This document shows positions 39,413-49,206 of a stretch of 64,000 nt of DNA, piece by piece. Position 1 is the stretch's first letter. Every line of letters begins with the position of its first letter. The notes under the pieces are model-generated. The model saw only the letters and a list, made by a program, of their open reading frames with translations. It searched no databases and had not been told where the DNA came from. The position numbers were made by a program, and so were the translations under genes. This DNA comes from Candidatus Bathyarchaeota archaeon (lineage in GTDB: Archaea > Thermoproteota > Bathyarchaeia > Bathyarchaeales > Bathycorpusculaceae). The DNA is taken from positions 512,001 through 576,000 of the forward strand of contig CAWGYA010000008.1 in the NCBI GenBank assembly GCA_963826715.1, given 5' to 3'.

Positions 39413-40300
39413 TTGAATAATGAATTGCAAATCTACATAGACGGCAAGTACTACCCTAAATCTGAGGCCAAAATCTCCGTTTATGATCACGGTTTCCTCT
39501 ACGGGGACGGCGTTTTCGAGGGAATCCGTGCCTACAACGGTAGTGTGTTCAAACTCAAAGAACACGTTGACCGCTTATACCGTTCTGCACACGCCATAAT
39601 GCTAAACATCCCATTAACCAAAGAAGAAATGGTGACAGCGGTCGTTGAAACTCTGCGCAAGAACAACATGAAAGACAGCTATATCCGCCTCATCGTGTCT
39701 AGAGGAATAGGCGACCTCGGATTAGACCCACGTAAATGCCCAACCCCCTCTGTAATAATTATCGCAGATACCATTAACATCCGCGCAGGCAACGCTAAAG
39801 AAATAGGAGTCACCGCAGTTTTCACTTGGGTTCGAAGAAACGCCGTGGATGCAACCACCCATGAAATAAAATCCCTCAATTACCTTAACAGCGTGCTTGG
39901 CAAAATCGAAGCAAACGCCTACGGTGCTGATGAAGCCATCTGCCTTGAACCGAATACTGGATTGGTTGCTGAAGGCGTCGGCGAAAACGTCTTCATTGTC
40001 AAAAACAGTGAAGTCCTCACTCCGCCCGGCAGTACAGGTGCACTTGAAGGCATCACCTCCGAGGCAGTCATAAAATTATGCGAAAAACTCAATCTCAAGG
40101 TCACCATAACAAACTTAACCCCATTCATGATTTTCACCGCTGACGAAGCATTCTTTACAGGCACAGCTATGGAAGTGGTTCCAATTAGAGAAGTTAACAA
40201 GCGAGTAATCGGCGACGGCAAACCCGGAGGAGTTACCAAAAAGTTGATGACTGAATTCCAAAAGGAAATCGTTAACTCTAAAAACGGAACAAAAATCTAA
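39413..40300 (+). CDS. ilvE: Branched-chain amino acid aminotransferase
   Basis: YGDGVFEG, KSLNY, EG.GEN, LEGIT and TGTA motifs. Confidence 0.93.
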   Translation: MNNELQIYIDGKYYPKSEAKISVYDHGFLYGDGVFEGIRAYNGSVFKLKEHVDRLYRSAHAIMLNIPLTKEEMVTAVVETLRKNNMKDSYIRLIVSRGIGDLGLDPRKCPTPSVIIIADTINIRAGNAKEIGVTAVFTWVRRNAVDATTHEIKSLNYLNSVLGKIEANAYGADEAICLEPNTGLVAEGVGENVFIVKNSEVLTPPGSTGALEGITSEAVIKLCEKLNLKVTITNLTPFMIFTADEAFFTGTAMEVVPIREVNKRVIGDGKPGGVTKKLMTEFQKEIVNSKNGTKI

Positions 40301-40308
40301 AAAATTTT

Positions 40309-41547
40309 TTAGCCGTAGCCTACGTGACCGCGGCTTCCTCTTTTTACTTTATTTTTCATAAACCCCTCTAAGGCATCATAAGCTTCTTCGAGTTCTTGGA
40401 TGGGCGGTAGGAATACGATTCTGGCGTGGTCTTTGCCATACACTGGGTCGAAGCCTGAACCTTTCACTATTAAGACGCCTGTTTCTTTGAGTAGTTCCAC
40501 GACGAATTCCATGTCGTTGGACCAGCGTTGCCCAATGCCTTCTATTCTAGGGAAAATGTAGAAGGCGCCCTCGGGTTTGGTGGTGGATACGCCATCGATT
40601 TCGTTGAGGCGTTTATAACTGAATTCTCTCCGCTCGTGAAGGCGCTCCACAATATCTTTGACGAAGTCTTGTGGACCGTTGAGTGCAGCGGTTGCGGCTA
40701 TCTGCACAGGTGTATTGGCGCAGATACGGATTCTACATTGCTTCTCCACGCCGTCTTTTAGCGGGGCAAGTTCGTTACCTTCGCCTTTAAAGTACATGTA
40801 ACCCAAGCGCCAGCCGGTCATCTGGTAAACTTTGGAGAACCCATTCAAGCCGACTACGGGCACATCTTTGGTGACGTTGGCGGCGCTTACGAATGGTTTT
40901 TCGTAGGTTAGTTGGTCGTAGATCTCGTCGCTCAGCACTGGCAGGTTGTGTTCGCCTGCGATGTCAAGGATTGCTTTGATAGTTTTTCGGTCATAAACAG
41001 CGCCTGTGGGATTGTTTGGGTTGATGATGACTATGGCGCGGGTTTTCTCCGTGATTTTGCTACGAAGGTCCTCGAGGTTGGGTTGCCAACCTTCTTTCTC
41101 GATAGTTTCGTAGGCAACTGGGGCACCGTCAAAGAATTTGGTGTAGCTGATGTAGGGTGGATAGGTGGGGCCGGGGAAGAGGATTTCATCACCCTTCTCC
41201 ACAATTGCGCCGAGTAGCATTTCTATTCCTTCAGATATACCATCAGTAACAAGTACATCCTCAGCGGTTATGTCGACGTTGTTAACTTTCTTTTCTTTAT
41301 TCGCCACCGCCTGCCTGAGTTCTGGCAATCCCTCTGATGGCGAGTAGTAGTTGTCTTCTTTGGCAATGGCGCTGCAAAGTGCATCTTTGAAGCTCTGCGG
41401 AGTTTTAAAATCAAATGCTGCGGGGTCTCCGATGTTAAGGTAGTAGATTTTTTTGCCATTCTTGATTAAGTCTTTAGTGTGGACTATCACATCGCGTATG
41501 GCGTATTCGATGTTGCTTGCGCGCCTCGTAACTTTAACGCTAGCCAA
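40309..41547 (-). CDS. Class I/II aminotransferase (AlaA-like)
   Basis: YAIR, LNIGDP, NPNNPTG, SDEIY and SK....TGWRLG motifs. Confidence 0.88.
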   Translation of the reverse strand: MASVKVTRRASNIEYAIRDVIVHTKDLIKNGKKIYYLNIGDPAAFDFKTPQSFKDALCSAIAKEDNYYSPSEGLPELRQAVANKEKKVNNVDITAEDVLVTDGISEGIEMLLGAIVEKGDEILFPGPTYPPYISYTKFFDGAPVAYETIEKEGWQPNLEDLRSKITEKTRAIVIINPNNPTGAVYDRKTIKAILDIAGEHNLPVLSDEIYDQLTYEKPFVSAANVTKDVPVVGLNGFSKVYQMTGWRLGYMYFKGEGNELAPLKDGVEKQCRIRICANTPVQIAATAALNGPQDFVKDIVERLHERREFSYKRLNEIDGVSTTKPEGAFYIFPRIEGIGQRWSNDMEFVVELLKETGVLIVKGSGFDPVYGKDHARIVFLPPIQELEEAYDALEGFMKNKVKRGSRGHVGYG

Positions 41548-41693
41548 TTACCATTACCTGTAACCAGACACTCTAACCATCCAAAAAAATAAACATTCCC
41601 CAAACTCGAAGCCTCTACTAAGGACATGCGCCCAAATATTGAGAGAGACCCCCAAGCTGAATTTTCAAAAAATAAAAGAAAAGTTGAAAAGGT

Positions 41694-43136
41694 CTAATAT
41701 GACCTTGCGAAATAAGCAACTTCTATAGCTGCTTTACCGCACACAAGGCAGCCCGACTGGGGTTTTATCTTCTCAAATGGTAGAACGCGAATGGTTGCTC
41801 CTGTTTCGTCTTTGACTTTCTTTTCGCATTCAGGATTGCCGCACCATACTGCTTTGAGGAAGCCGCCTTTATCTTCAAGCACACTCTTGAACTCATCATA
41901 GCTCTTGACAAAGGTGGTATTGTCTGCGAGTACGGCTTTGGCTTTAGCAAGCATGTTGTCCTGTATTTCCTGTAGCAATTGCTCGACAGTTGTGAGTATG
42001 TCTGCGTCTTTAACAAACGCTTTCTGTCCGGTGTCTCGGCGTACCATTACACATTGGCTGTTTTTGATGTCTCGAGGTCCAATTTCAATACGAAGCGGGA
42101 TTCCTTTGAGTTCCCACTGATGGAATTTCCAACCTGGTGTGTACTCGCCTCGATCGTCGAGAATTACAGTGATGCCTCGAGCTTTGAGGGTCTGCTCAAT
42201 TTCTTTGGTTTTGGTGGCGACGGCTTCTGCTTCTAATCCTTTGAAAGGGATAGGAACAATGACTACCTGTGTTGGCGCCACTTTGGGTGGCATGATTAAG
42301 CCTTTGTCGTCGCCATGCACCATTATCATAGCGCCAATCAACCTTGTGGTAATGCCCCAGCTGGTCTGCCAAACATAATGGTCCTGTTTGTCTTCGCCTA
42401 TGTATTTCACGTCGAAGACTTTAGCGAAGTGTTGACCGAGGTTGTGGCTTGTGCCCATCTGCAGGGCTTTGCCGTCGGGCATAATAGATTCGAGTGCGGT
42501 TGTGTAGAGGGCACCAGCAAACTTTTCGCTCTCACTCTTAGTGCCAACAAGGACTGGGATCGCCAAGTAATTCTCGATAACATCCTTGTACATATTCAGG
42601 GCATACATGACTTCTGCCTTCGCATCCTCGGCTGTCGCGTGGGCCGTGTGGCCTTCCTGCCAGAGGAACTCTCTTGTACGCAAAAAGAGCTTGGTGGCTT
42701 TGGTTTCCCATCGTACGATGTTGCACCATTGATTAATTTTAAGGGGCAAATCTCGCCAACTGCGAATCCACTTGCTAAACATGGCATACATTATGGTTTC
42801 GCTGGTTGGACGCACAGCCAACTTCTCGTCTAGTGGGGTGTCTCCGCCCTGCGTAATCCATGCGACTTCTGGAGTGAACCCCTCGAAGTGCTCAGCTTCT
42901 TTTTTGAGGAACGCTTCAGGGATGAACATGGGGAAGTAGACATTTCGGTGTCCTGAGGCCTTGATTTTTTGGTTGACCACTTCTTGGATTTTCTCCCAAA
43001 CTGCGTAGGCGTCTGGGCGAATAATCATGCACCCTTTGACTGGAGCGTAATCGGCTAATTCTGCTTTGAGGACGACTTCAACGTACCATTCGTTAAAATC
43101 CACGGTTTTTTTAACAGTTACACCAGTATCAGACAT
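41694..43136 (-). CDS. proS: Prolyl-tRNA synthetase (archaeal/eukaryotic type)
   Basis: RPTSET, RTREFLWQEGH, GTSH.LGQ.F and C-terminal ARSY motifs. Confidence 0.97.
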   Translation of the reverse strand: MSDTGVTVKKTVDFNEWYVEVVLKAELADYAPVKGCMIIRPDAYAVWEKIQEVVNQKIKASGHRNVYFPMFIPEAFLKKEAEHFEGFTPEVAWITQGGDTPLDEKLAVRPTSETIMYAMFSKWIRSWRDLPLKINQWCNIVRWETKATKLFLRTREFLWQEGHTAHATAEDAKAEVMYALNMYKDVIENYLAIPVLVGTKSESEKFAGALYTTALESIMPDGKALQMGTSHNLGQHFAKVFDVKYIGEDKQDHYVWQTSWGITTRLIGAMIMVHGDDKGLIMPPKVAPTQVVIVPIPFKGLEAEAVATKTKEIEQTLKARGITVILDDRGEYTPGWKFHQWELKGIPLRIEIGPRDIKNSQCVMVRRDTGQKAFVKDADILTTVEQLLQEIQDNMLAKAKAVLADNTTFVKSYDEFKSVLEDKGGFLKAVWCGNPECEKKVKDETGATIRVLPFEKIKPQSGCLVCGKAAIEVAYFARSY

Positions 43137-43432
43137 TGGACTCTCTTCTTTGCAGTGTATTGCATCTGGATGAATATAAAACCGTAACGCCAACGAAATA
43201 GCTCTTAATTTCGATCCTTTGTCTTTTGCTTAAGAAAGGGGGTCTCTGTGAGAACTACAAACTCTTTTAGGGTATGTTCTGCTTGTGGTTGTTGCCTCAA
43301 TCAGCCTGCAAACCAAAAACCCGACGCAGAACCAAAAAAAGCCAAGTGCTACCAAATCCGCTGGTTGTCGTTATGCATTGGAACTTCTCGGCAACAACAA
43401 ATGTAAAAAACAAGAAAGAACAGTTAAACCCT

Positions 43433-43579
43433 TTACTTGAGCGTTTTTTTGGGGTAGTCTTTGCATTCGTAGATGCGCAGTTGCCGTTGGGGTTCGATAC
43501 GGCAGCGTTTACGCGAGTTTCTTCTGCGCAGAATAGGTGGAAGTTGAAAGAAGGGGCATTTGGAACAGAGTGTACTCAT
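43433..43579 (-). CDS. 48-aa Arg-rich Cys4 mini-protein (not in ORF track)
   Basis: GGAG SD overlapping the permease stop; MSTLCSKCPFFQLPPILRRRNSRKRCRIEPQRQLRIYECKDYPKKTLK. Confidence 0.5.
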   Translation of the reverse strand: MSTLCSKCPFFQLPPILRRRNSRKRCRIEPQRQLRIYECKDYPKKTLK

Positions 43580-43591
43580 TTTCTGTTTCTC

Positions 43592-44797
43592 CTACCTTGT
43601 CATCATCCGTTTGAACACTGGCAATGCAATGGCTATCATGACGATACCGAACACGATGAGGATTATGAGTTCATTAGCTATTTGAGGTATGCCTGCGCCC
43701 AGCACCATAACTTTTCGTAGAGCACTGGATGCATAGGTTAGTGGCAGGAATTGACTGATGGTCTGCATATACCATGGCATCTGCTGTATAGGGAAGAATA
43801 CCCCGCTCAGGAACATCATCGGGAACATCAAAGTCATCATCAGCATCTGCGCAGTTTCCTGGTCTTTGGTAAACGAAGTTATGACTATCCCTAAGCCCAC
43901 GAAGCTAAACACGCCCAACAGCAGCAACGCAAATACGAGCAGTATGCTGCCTTGTATAGCAACTCCAAATATGCCAATAGCTAGCGCCAAGATTATTACA
44001 CCTTGTATCAAACCTCTACCAGTCTGAGCCAGAGTCTTACCCAGCAGAATTGAGAGCCGATTCACAGGTGCGACCATCATGCCGTCCATCGTGCCGATTT
44101 CTTTCTCCTGTGAAATCGCAACAGGCAAACCAGTCATGACGCTCATCATAACAGTCATAGCCATGATGCCTGGAGCAATGAAGTCAAAGTAGCTCGGACT
44201 GCCTGCAACTACGCCTTGGGTTTGAACGTTGTAGGGTTTCACTATTGCTAATGAGGTTGATGCGTTAAGCGCCGGATTGGCTGCCTGAAGTTGCTGTTGA
44301 GCCTGCATTGTTCCCATACTGTCAAAAACGCTCTCCAATACGCCTTGAATCATTTGGGCTATCTGTGGATTAGAATCGTCCGTTACAATAATTATGGTTC
44401 CCTGCCGACCACTAAATACGGATTCGCTGAAGTTTCTGGGAATCACTATTCCGCCACCGAGTTCGCCCCTTTGTACCATGTCCTTAACTTCAGCCAAGCT
44501 TGAAGCATCCGTAAGAGTCATCATACCGGTTTGATTATTAAGACCCTGGAATATGGTGATGAACGTTTGGCTGGGAAGAGTAGAATTATGAAAACCAACA
44601 TCCTCATTAACTATCGCAATTGGCGAGTTGATGCTGGCACCACTAGATGGGTAAATGAAGCCCACCATAACCATCATGAACAGTGGCATCACTATAAGTA
44701 AGACTAAGCCCAGTCGATTACGGAAAAGTTCAATGAGGTCCTTCTGAGCGATGCGAAGACTATGTTTAAGAATAGTTTGTGCAGTCATTTTTATCAC
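43592..44797 (-). CDS. ABC-2 type exporter permease
   Basis: N-terminal TM, large extracellular loop, EKE.GT, FLSG.FFP and PLTY motifs. Confidence 0.9.
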   Translation of the reverse strand: MIKMTAQTILKHSLRIAQKDLIELFRNRLGLVLLIVMPLFMMVMVGFIYPSSGASINSPIAIVNEDVGFHNSTLPSQTFITIFQGLNNQTGMMTLTDASSLAEVKDMVQRGELGGGIVIPRNFSESVFSGRQGTIIIVTDDSNPQIAQMIQGVLESVFDSMGTMQAQQQLQAANPALNASTSLAIVKPYNVQTQGVVAGSPSYFDFIAPGIMAMTVMMSVMTGLPVAISQEKEIGTMDGMMVAPVNRLSILLGKTLAQTGRGLIQGVIILALAIGIFGVAIQGSILLVFALLLLGVFSFVGLGIVITSFTKDQETAQMLMMTLMFPMMFLSGVFFPIQQMPWYMQTISQFLPLTYASSALRKVMVLGAGIPQIANELIILIVFGIVMIAIALPVFKRMMTR

Positions 44798-45819
44798 CTA
44801 ACTCTCCTTTGCGCACCACCGAATCTCCGGTCTGGTCCATGTTCCTGCTTGATTTTCTGGTCTGCACTGTCTCTAACTTCATGCCCTGTAATATGCAGAA
44901 ACACATCTTCAAGGCTGGGCTGCAGATTCGCCATCGAAGTTATCTTGCCGTTTTTCTTTCTAACAACATCAATAATGGAGTCAAAAGCTTCTTCACCGTG
45001 GACAATTACGTGAAGTTGAGTGGAGTTTTCTTGGGTTGCAGCGTCTACACATTCAAGCGTTTTTATCGATGCTGCCATATCAGGGGTTAGATTTGCAATT
45101 TCCAGTTTAATTATCATTGTATCAGCTCCAGAAATAATCTTCTTCAAATTAGTCGAGGTGTCTAAAGCTATTATTTTACCGTGATCAACAATGGCTATGC
45201 GGTCACACAATAAATCTGCATCAAGCATCATATGTGTCGTTATGATGACTGTGGTTCCTTGTTCTTGATTTAGTTTTCTTACAAACTCTCGGATTTCCAC
45301 CGACGATTGTGGATCTAAGCCTAAAGTGGGTTCATCTAAAAAGAGAACCTGTGGCATGTTAAGCAGGGCACGTACAACGTTCATTCTTTGGCGCATACCC
45401 GTTGAGAAGGTACCCACTTGGACTTTCTTCCATTTTGTTAGGTTAACGAGTTCTAGTAACTCGTCAATTCTTTTTGATAGAGTATCTTTTGGGATGTTGA
45501 AGAGACTGCCGAAGAACCGCAGGTTCTCCTCTGCTGTTAAACGGTTGTAGATTATCATTTTTTCAGAGACGATGCCGATTAATTTTCGGACGTCCATATC
45601 ATGTTTAACGGTATCAAAACCGCCGATGATGGCTGTGCCCTTGGTTGGTCTTGATAGGGTGGAGAGCATGCGTAGCGTGGTACTTTTGCCTGCGCCGTTG
45701 GGTCCTAAAAGACCGAAGATTTCGCCTTTCTTGACGCTAAAGGAGATGTCATCAACGGCGGTGAATTTGCCGAAGGTCTTCGTTAGATTTTTTACTTCAA
45801 TTATGCTACCATTATCCAT
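44794..45819 (-). CDS. ABC exporter ATP-binding protein (DrrA-like)
   Basis: GPNGAGKST, FSTGM, LDEPT and PSLEDVFL motifs; alternative start at 45831. Confidence 0.92.
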   Translation of the reverse strand: MDNGSIIEVKNLTKTFGKFTAVDDISFSVKKGEIFGLLGPNGAGKSTTLRMLSTLSRPTKGTAIIGGFDTVKHDMDVRKLIGIVSEKMIIYNRLTAEENLRFFGSLFNIPKDTLSKRIDELLELVNLTKWKKVQVGTFSTGMRQRMNVVRALLNMPQVLFLDEPTLGLDPQSSVEIREFVRKLNQEQGTTVIITTHMMLDADLLCDRIAIVDHGKIIALDTSTNLKKIISGADTMIIKLEIANLTPDMAASIKTLECVDAATQENSTQLHVIVHGEEAFDSIIDVVRKKNGKITSMANLQPSLEDVFLHITGHEVRDSADQKIKQEHGPDRRFGGAQRRVR

Positions 45820-45835
45820 TATAGAGACCATCTTT

Positions 45836-45884
45836 TCAATAGTATTGACTCCAATATATTGCGGCAAAATATAAGTATTACTTA
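45836..45884. promoter_or_regulatory. Three short palindromes in the divergent ABC/PadR promoter (candidate PadR operators)
   Basis: TCAATA-G-TATTGA 45836-45848, CAATATATTG 45852-45861 and TAAGTA-T-TACTTA 45872-45884. Confidence 0.5.
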
Positions 45885-45909
45885 CAAACATTATACAAAA
45901 GACTCTTTA

Positions 45910-46494
45910 ATGAAACCCGAAATTGAAGATGAAACAACACAGAACTGGCTTAAAGAAGCTCAAAAAGGTTACATCCGTATGGGAGTCCTCATCCTCATCA
46001 ACAAAAAACCATCCCACGGCTACGAACTAATGAAAGAGATCAACAACCGAACCAAAGGTTTTTGGCAACCGACCCCCGGAGGAATATACCCTATCCTCCG
46101 CGACTTAGAAAAATCGTCCTACATCAAAGGCGATTGGCAAACCCAAAAGAACCGCCGACTAAAAGTTTATAAGATAACTACTTCAGGCAATGCAATCCTG
46201 AAACGAGCAATACTTAAGCAAACAGAAATCTTCGATACCATCAGCACTCTCTTCCATGAATTCGCCCGAGATGTCTTAAATGTAGAAGATGAAAACATAC
46301 CCATACCTCCGTCGCCATTTAGACCTTTTCTAGAAGAAAAAACAAGTCACCAAACCCTCGTACACTTGGAGCACGAAAGAAAAAAAGCTGTAGAATCATT
46401 CAAATCCATCAGAGAACGACTAAGAAAAATCAATGAACAAATTGAAGAAATCAAAAAACAAACCCGAATTAACTCGCAAGAACCTCCCAAATAA
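45910..46494 (+). CDS. PadR-family transcriptional regulator
   Basis: HGYEL, PGGIYP.L..LE and KVYKIT..G motifs. Confidence 0.92.
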   Translation: MKPEIEDETTQNWLKEAQKGYIRMGVLILINKKPSHGYELMKEINNRTKGFWQPTPGGIYPILRDLEKSSYIKGDWQTQKNRRLKVYKITTSGNAILKRAILKQTEIFDTISTLFHEFARDVLNVEDENIPIPPSPFRPFLEEKTSHQTLVHLEHERKKAVESFKSIRERLRKINEQIEEIKKQTRINSQEPPK

Positions 46495-46575
46495 TTCTGC
46501 GAGACAAATCACTCCCATTTTTGTGTAAATGGTTTAAATCTGTGAGCTACCTAACATTAAGCAAGTGTGAATCAT

Positions 46576-46899
46576 ATGTTCCGCATTAGAGTCAACAAAA
46601 TTGAATCCACCCGAGACTTGGACGGAAACCTCGGAAAAAAAATAGAGCTCCTCGAAGAACGTGAAGTCAACCCATACATTGTAAGACCTCAGTCCGACGA
46701 AGCAAAAATGGCACAGGACATCATGCAAGCACTTCAAACTCAGATGCCGTTTTTACCTCAACGCCAACAGATGGCCACCCCGAAAATTATTCTTTTCTTA
46801 ACCGAGCATGAATACGATAGTTTAGACATAAACTTTGATGTTAATCAAGTGTATGAGGTTATCCTTGAGAACCAAACGATTCGCTTCAGGAAAGTTTAA
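46576..46899 (+). CDS. Arcadin-1-like protein
   Basis: D.DG...KIELLEERE...Q..EA.M...MP...PKI.LFLTE.E...DV....EV..EN..I pattern resembling Pyrobaculum arcadin-1, recalled from memory. Confidence 0.7.
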   Translation: MFRIRVNKIESTRDLDGNLGKKIELLEEREVNPYIVRPQSDEAKMAQDIMQALQTQMPFLPQRQQMATPKIILFLTEHEYDSLDINFDVNQVYEVILENQTIRFRKV

Positions 46900-47221
46900 T
46901 CAACTCATTTCGAATCTGTCGCAGCCCTAAACATTTTGGATGAAATGAGAGAACAAACATCATGTTACTCAAGGAGCGGCATATTTCGTCTAACCCAGAA
47001 ATTTTTCCTTCGTCACAATAGAGCGGTATTGGCTCTTCACCCTTTTCTCTATAATAAACGTAAATAGGGGAGGCTTTCTCCTCGAAGCAGACGATTTCAA
47101 AATCCAAGTTTAGGCGCTTTGCAGCTTGTTCAGCTGCCACTTTTACTGAATCAAGCCGTTTTTTGCTTAAAATCCTTACTGAAGTGTAAACCATCAATTT
47201 CCCTGAATTAGCTTTGAGCAT
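46886..47221 (-). CDS. Hypothetical protein
   Basis: 111-aa ORF with GGTGA SD, convergent with the arcadin-like gene. Confidence 0.65.
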   Translation of the reverse strand: MLKANSGKLMVYTSVRILSKKRLDSVKVAAEQAAKRLNLDFEIVCFEEKASPIYVYYREKGEEPIPLYCDEGKISGLDEICRSLSNMMFVLSFHPKCLGLRQIRNELIKLS

Positions 47222-47389
47222 AACATTCTCACCAAAGTACCGATTTTGTGGAAAACTCTTTTAAGGTGAACCCAAAATCGACCGTTCAAAGAAGCGGAGA
47301 GGTAGCTGAAAGTAAAGCGTTAGTGGCTGTTCATAAGCTACCACAACTACTTAAATTAAGCTTTTACAAAAAGATTTCACAGTGAGAAA

Positions 47390-47851
47390 ATGGAGAATCA
47401 ACAATGGCAACCCCCGCAATGGTGGTATCTAACCGAACGTCCATCAAGCGATAGCGCCTACTTTGAGAATATGTGTCGTGTTATTTTTCAAACGGGCTTA
47501 AACTGGAAGGTAATCGATAAGAAGTGGCCAAACATCAGGGAGGCTTTTGTGAATTTTAATGTAGAAAAAATCGCATATTTCACTGATGAAGACGTGGATA
47601 GACTTCTCAAAAACGAAGACATAATTAGAAACAAAGGAAAAATAAAAGCCATAAAACAGAATGCTCGAAACTTTTTATCTATCCGAAACCGCTTTGGGTC
47701 CTTCCAGAAATACCTCGACATCCAAGACAAAACCGACAATTATGTCCATGTAATTAAGGATTTGGTTAACAAATTCAAGTGGATAGGACCTTCTTCCGCG
47801 AGTCTTTTTCTCTACACAGTAGGAGAACCAATTGAGGTTAGGGAACCTTAA
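47390..47851 (+). CDS. tag: DNA-3-methyladenine glycosylase I family protein
   Basis: FQTGLNW..I, IIRNKGKI.A...NA and FKWIGP motifs. Confidence 0.85.
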   Translation: MENQQWQPPQWWYLTERPSSDSAYFENMCRVIFQTGLNWKVIDKKWPNIREAFVNFNVEKIAYFTDEDVDRLLKNEDIIRNKGKIKAIKQNARNFLSIRNRFGSFQKYLDIQDKTDNYVHVIKDLVNKFKWIGPSSASLFLYTVGEPIEVREP

Positions 47852-47879
47852 TAAACCAATCTCTACCGAAATTTAACTT

Positions 47880-48179
47880 ATGGCAAAAACCAGATCTCAT
47901 GTATACGTTTCGGGTAGAGTTCAGGGTGTATACTTTAGGCAACATGTCAAGAAACAAGCACTAATTCAAGGTGTTACAGGGTGGGTACGTAACCTTGATG
48001 ATGGAAGGATGGAAGCGGTTTTTGAAGGCGAAGGATCTGCGGTGTTGGCGATGGTGAATTATGTCCGCCATGGACCAAAGGGATCTCAAATAACTAATTT
48101 TTCGGTAGAGTGGGAGACGTTTAAGGATGAATATCAAAGTTTCAAGGTGGTTTATAGAGAAGCTTCAGGGTTAAATTAA
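47880..48179 (+). CDS. acyP: Acylphosphatase
   Basis: GRVQGVYFR and GWVRNL.DG motifs. Confidence 0.93.
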   Translation: MAKTRSHVYVSGRVQGVYFRQHVKKQALIQGVTGWVRNLDDGRMEAVFEGEGSAVLAMVNYVRHGPKGSQITNFSVEWETFKDEYQSFKVVYREASGLN

Positions 48180-48205
48180 AATTTAAACCAGACCATGATT
48201 TGCAT

Positions 48206-48743
48206 ATGAATATTCTTGGTTTGGTCGGGAGCCCTCGAAAAGAAAGCAACACAGACCTATTAGTTAGCGCAATACTTGCAGGTGCTGCCGATAACAAGCA
48301 TGAAATAGAAAAATTATTCCTCTACAACTGGGACATTGAACCATGTGTGGATTGCGGGGTATGCAAAAAAACTCATAATCAATGTACAATAAAAAGATAG
48401 TATGCAAACGCTCTATCCTAAACTTGAACGAGCAGATATCATAGTTTTTGGGACTCCTCTCTACTGGTATGGTCCCTCGGCAAAAATGAAGCTGCTAATC
48501 GATAGATTGCGACCATTTGTAGCATCAAAAAAATTGGAGGGCAAAAAAGCTATTTTAGTAATCCCATCTGAGGAAGGAGCAGACGTCTGCAAGCTCACAG
48601 TAGGTATGTTCAATTTGTCGTGCAAGTATTTGCACATTGATTTATTAGGAGTTATGCTACCGAAGGCTTCTGAGAAGGCCGAAGTTAAAACCCAACCACA
48701 AATACTAAATGAAGCAGTGGCAATTGGCAAAAACATCACATAA
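48206..48743 (+). pseudogene. Iron-sulfur flavoprotein / NADPH-dependent FMN reductase family gene split by a single extra A
   Basis: GSPRKESNT and CVDCGVC..C in one frame, MQTLY...GTPLYW...KLLIDR in the next; deleting one A from 48391-48395 gives a continuous CTIKDSMQ. Confidence 0.75.
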
Positions 48744-48750
48744 AGCACTG

Positions 48751-49206
48751 CTAAGCTTTTTTCTTGGGTACACGGAAGTGACTGTCTTTGCCTGCACTTA
48801 TATACTCCCCACCCATACCGCGGACTGCTGAAGCGATTTTGGCGAAATTTTCGCTGCCGAGAAATTGTTTAGGTCTTATCAAAATATAGTCACCTTTTTC
48901 TTCAAAGCCCAAGCGTGCTTCAAGTTCTTCAGGGAAGGACATGCGGATGTCGTCGAGCGAGCGTAATTTTGAGCCTGCAAGCGGAATAGAAACTGTCGTC
49001 GATATTGCTGGAGCCCTCAGTGGACTCGGAGCCGGTTTGGGCTTAGTGATTTCCCCAACCGCCAGAGATTTCAATGAAGCAGAAACCGAACGAAGCTCCT
49101 CAGAAACCTTAGCTAGTGTAACTGTGATTTCTTCAACGCGCTGCAAAAGTTGATTCAGTTTATCACTATCGGTACTCAGATGCACTCCCTCTCGAACTCC
49201 TAACAC
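48751..49206 (-). CDS. Hypothetical protein: coiled coil, Pro-rich linker, small alpha/beta domain (start uncertain)
   Basis: Heptad pattern, PKPAPSP linker, C-terminal ...VRGMGGEYISAGKDSHFRVP. Confidence 0.7.
   Translation of the reverse strand: MLGVREGVHLSTDSDKLNQLLQRVEEITVTLAKVSEELRSVSASLKSLAVGEITKPKPAPSPLRAPAISTTVSIPLAGSKLRSLDDIRMSFPEELEARLGFEEKGDYILIRPKQFLGSENFAKIASAVRGMGGEYISAGKDSHFRVPKKKA

Noticed and set aside
43274-43720. 148-aa plus-strand ORF and the many other antisense ORFs in the track
   Set aside because: They overlap well-supported genes on the opposite strand and have no recognisable motifs.
47301-47345. GGTAGCT...AGCTACC hairpin followed by ACA (possible H/ACA guide RNA)
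   Set aside because: No recognisable K-turn/K-loop or clear pseudouridylation pocket.
48398-48400. TAG read-through (pyrrolysine) in the flavoprotein gene
   Set aside because: The downstream half is in a different frame, so a frameshift rather than read-through is needed.
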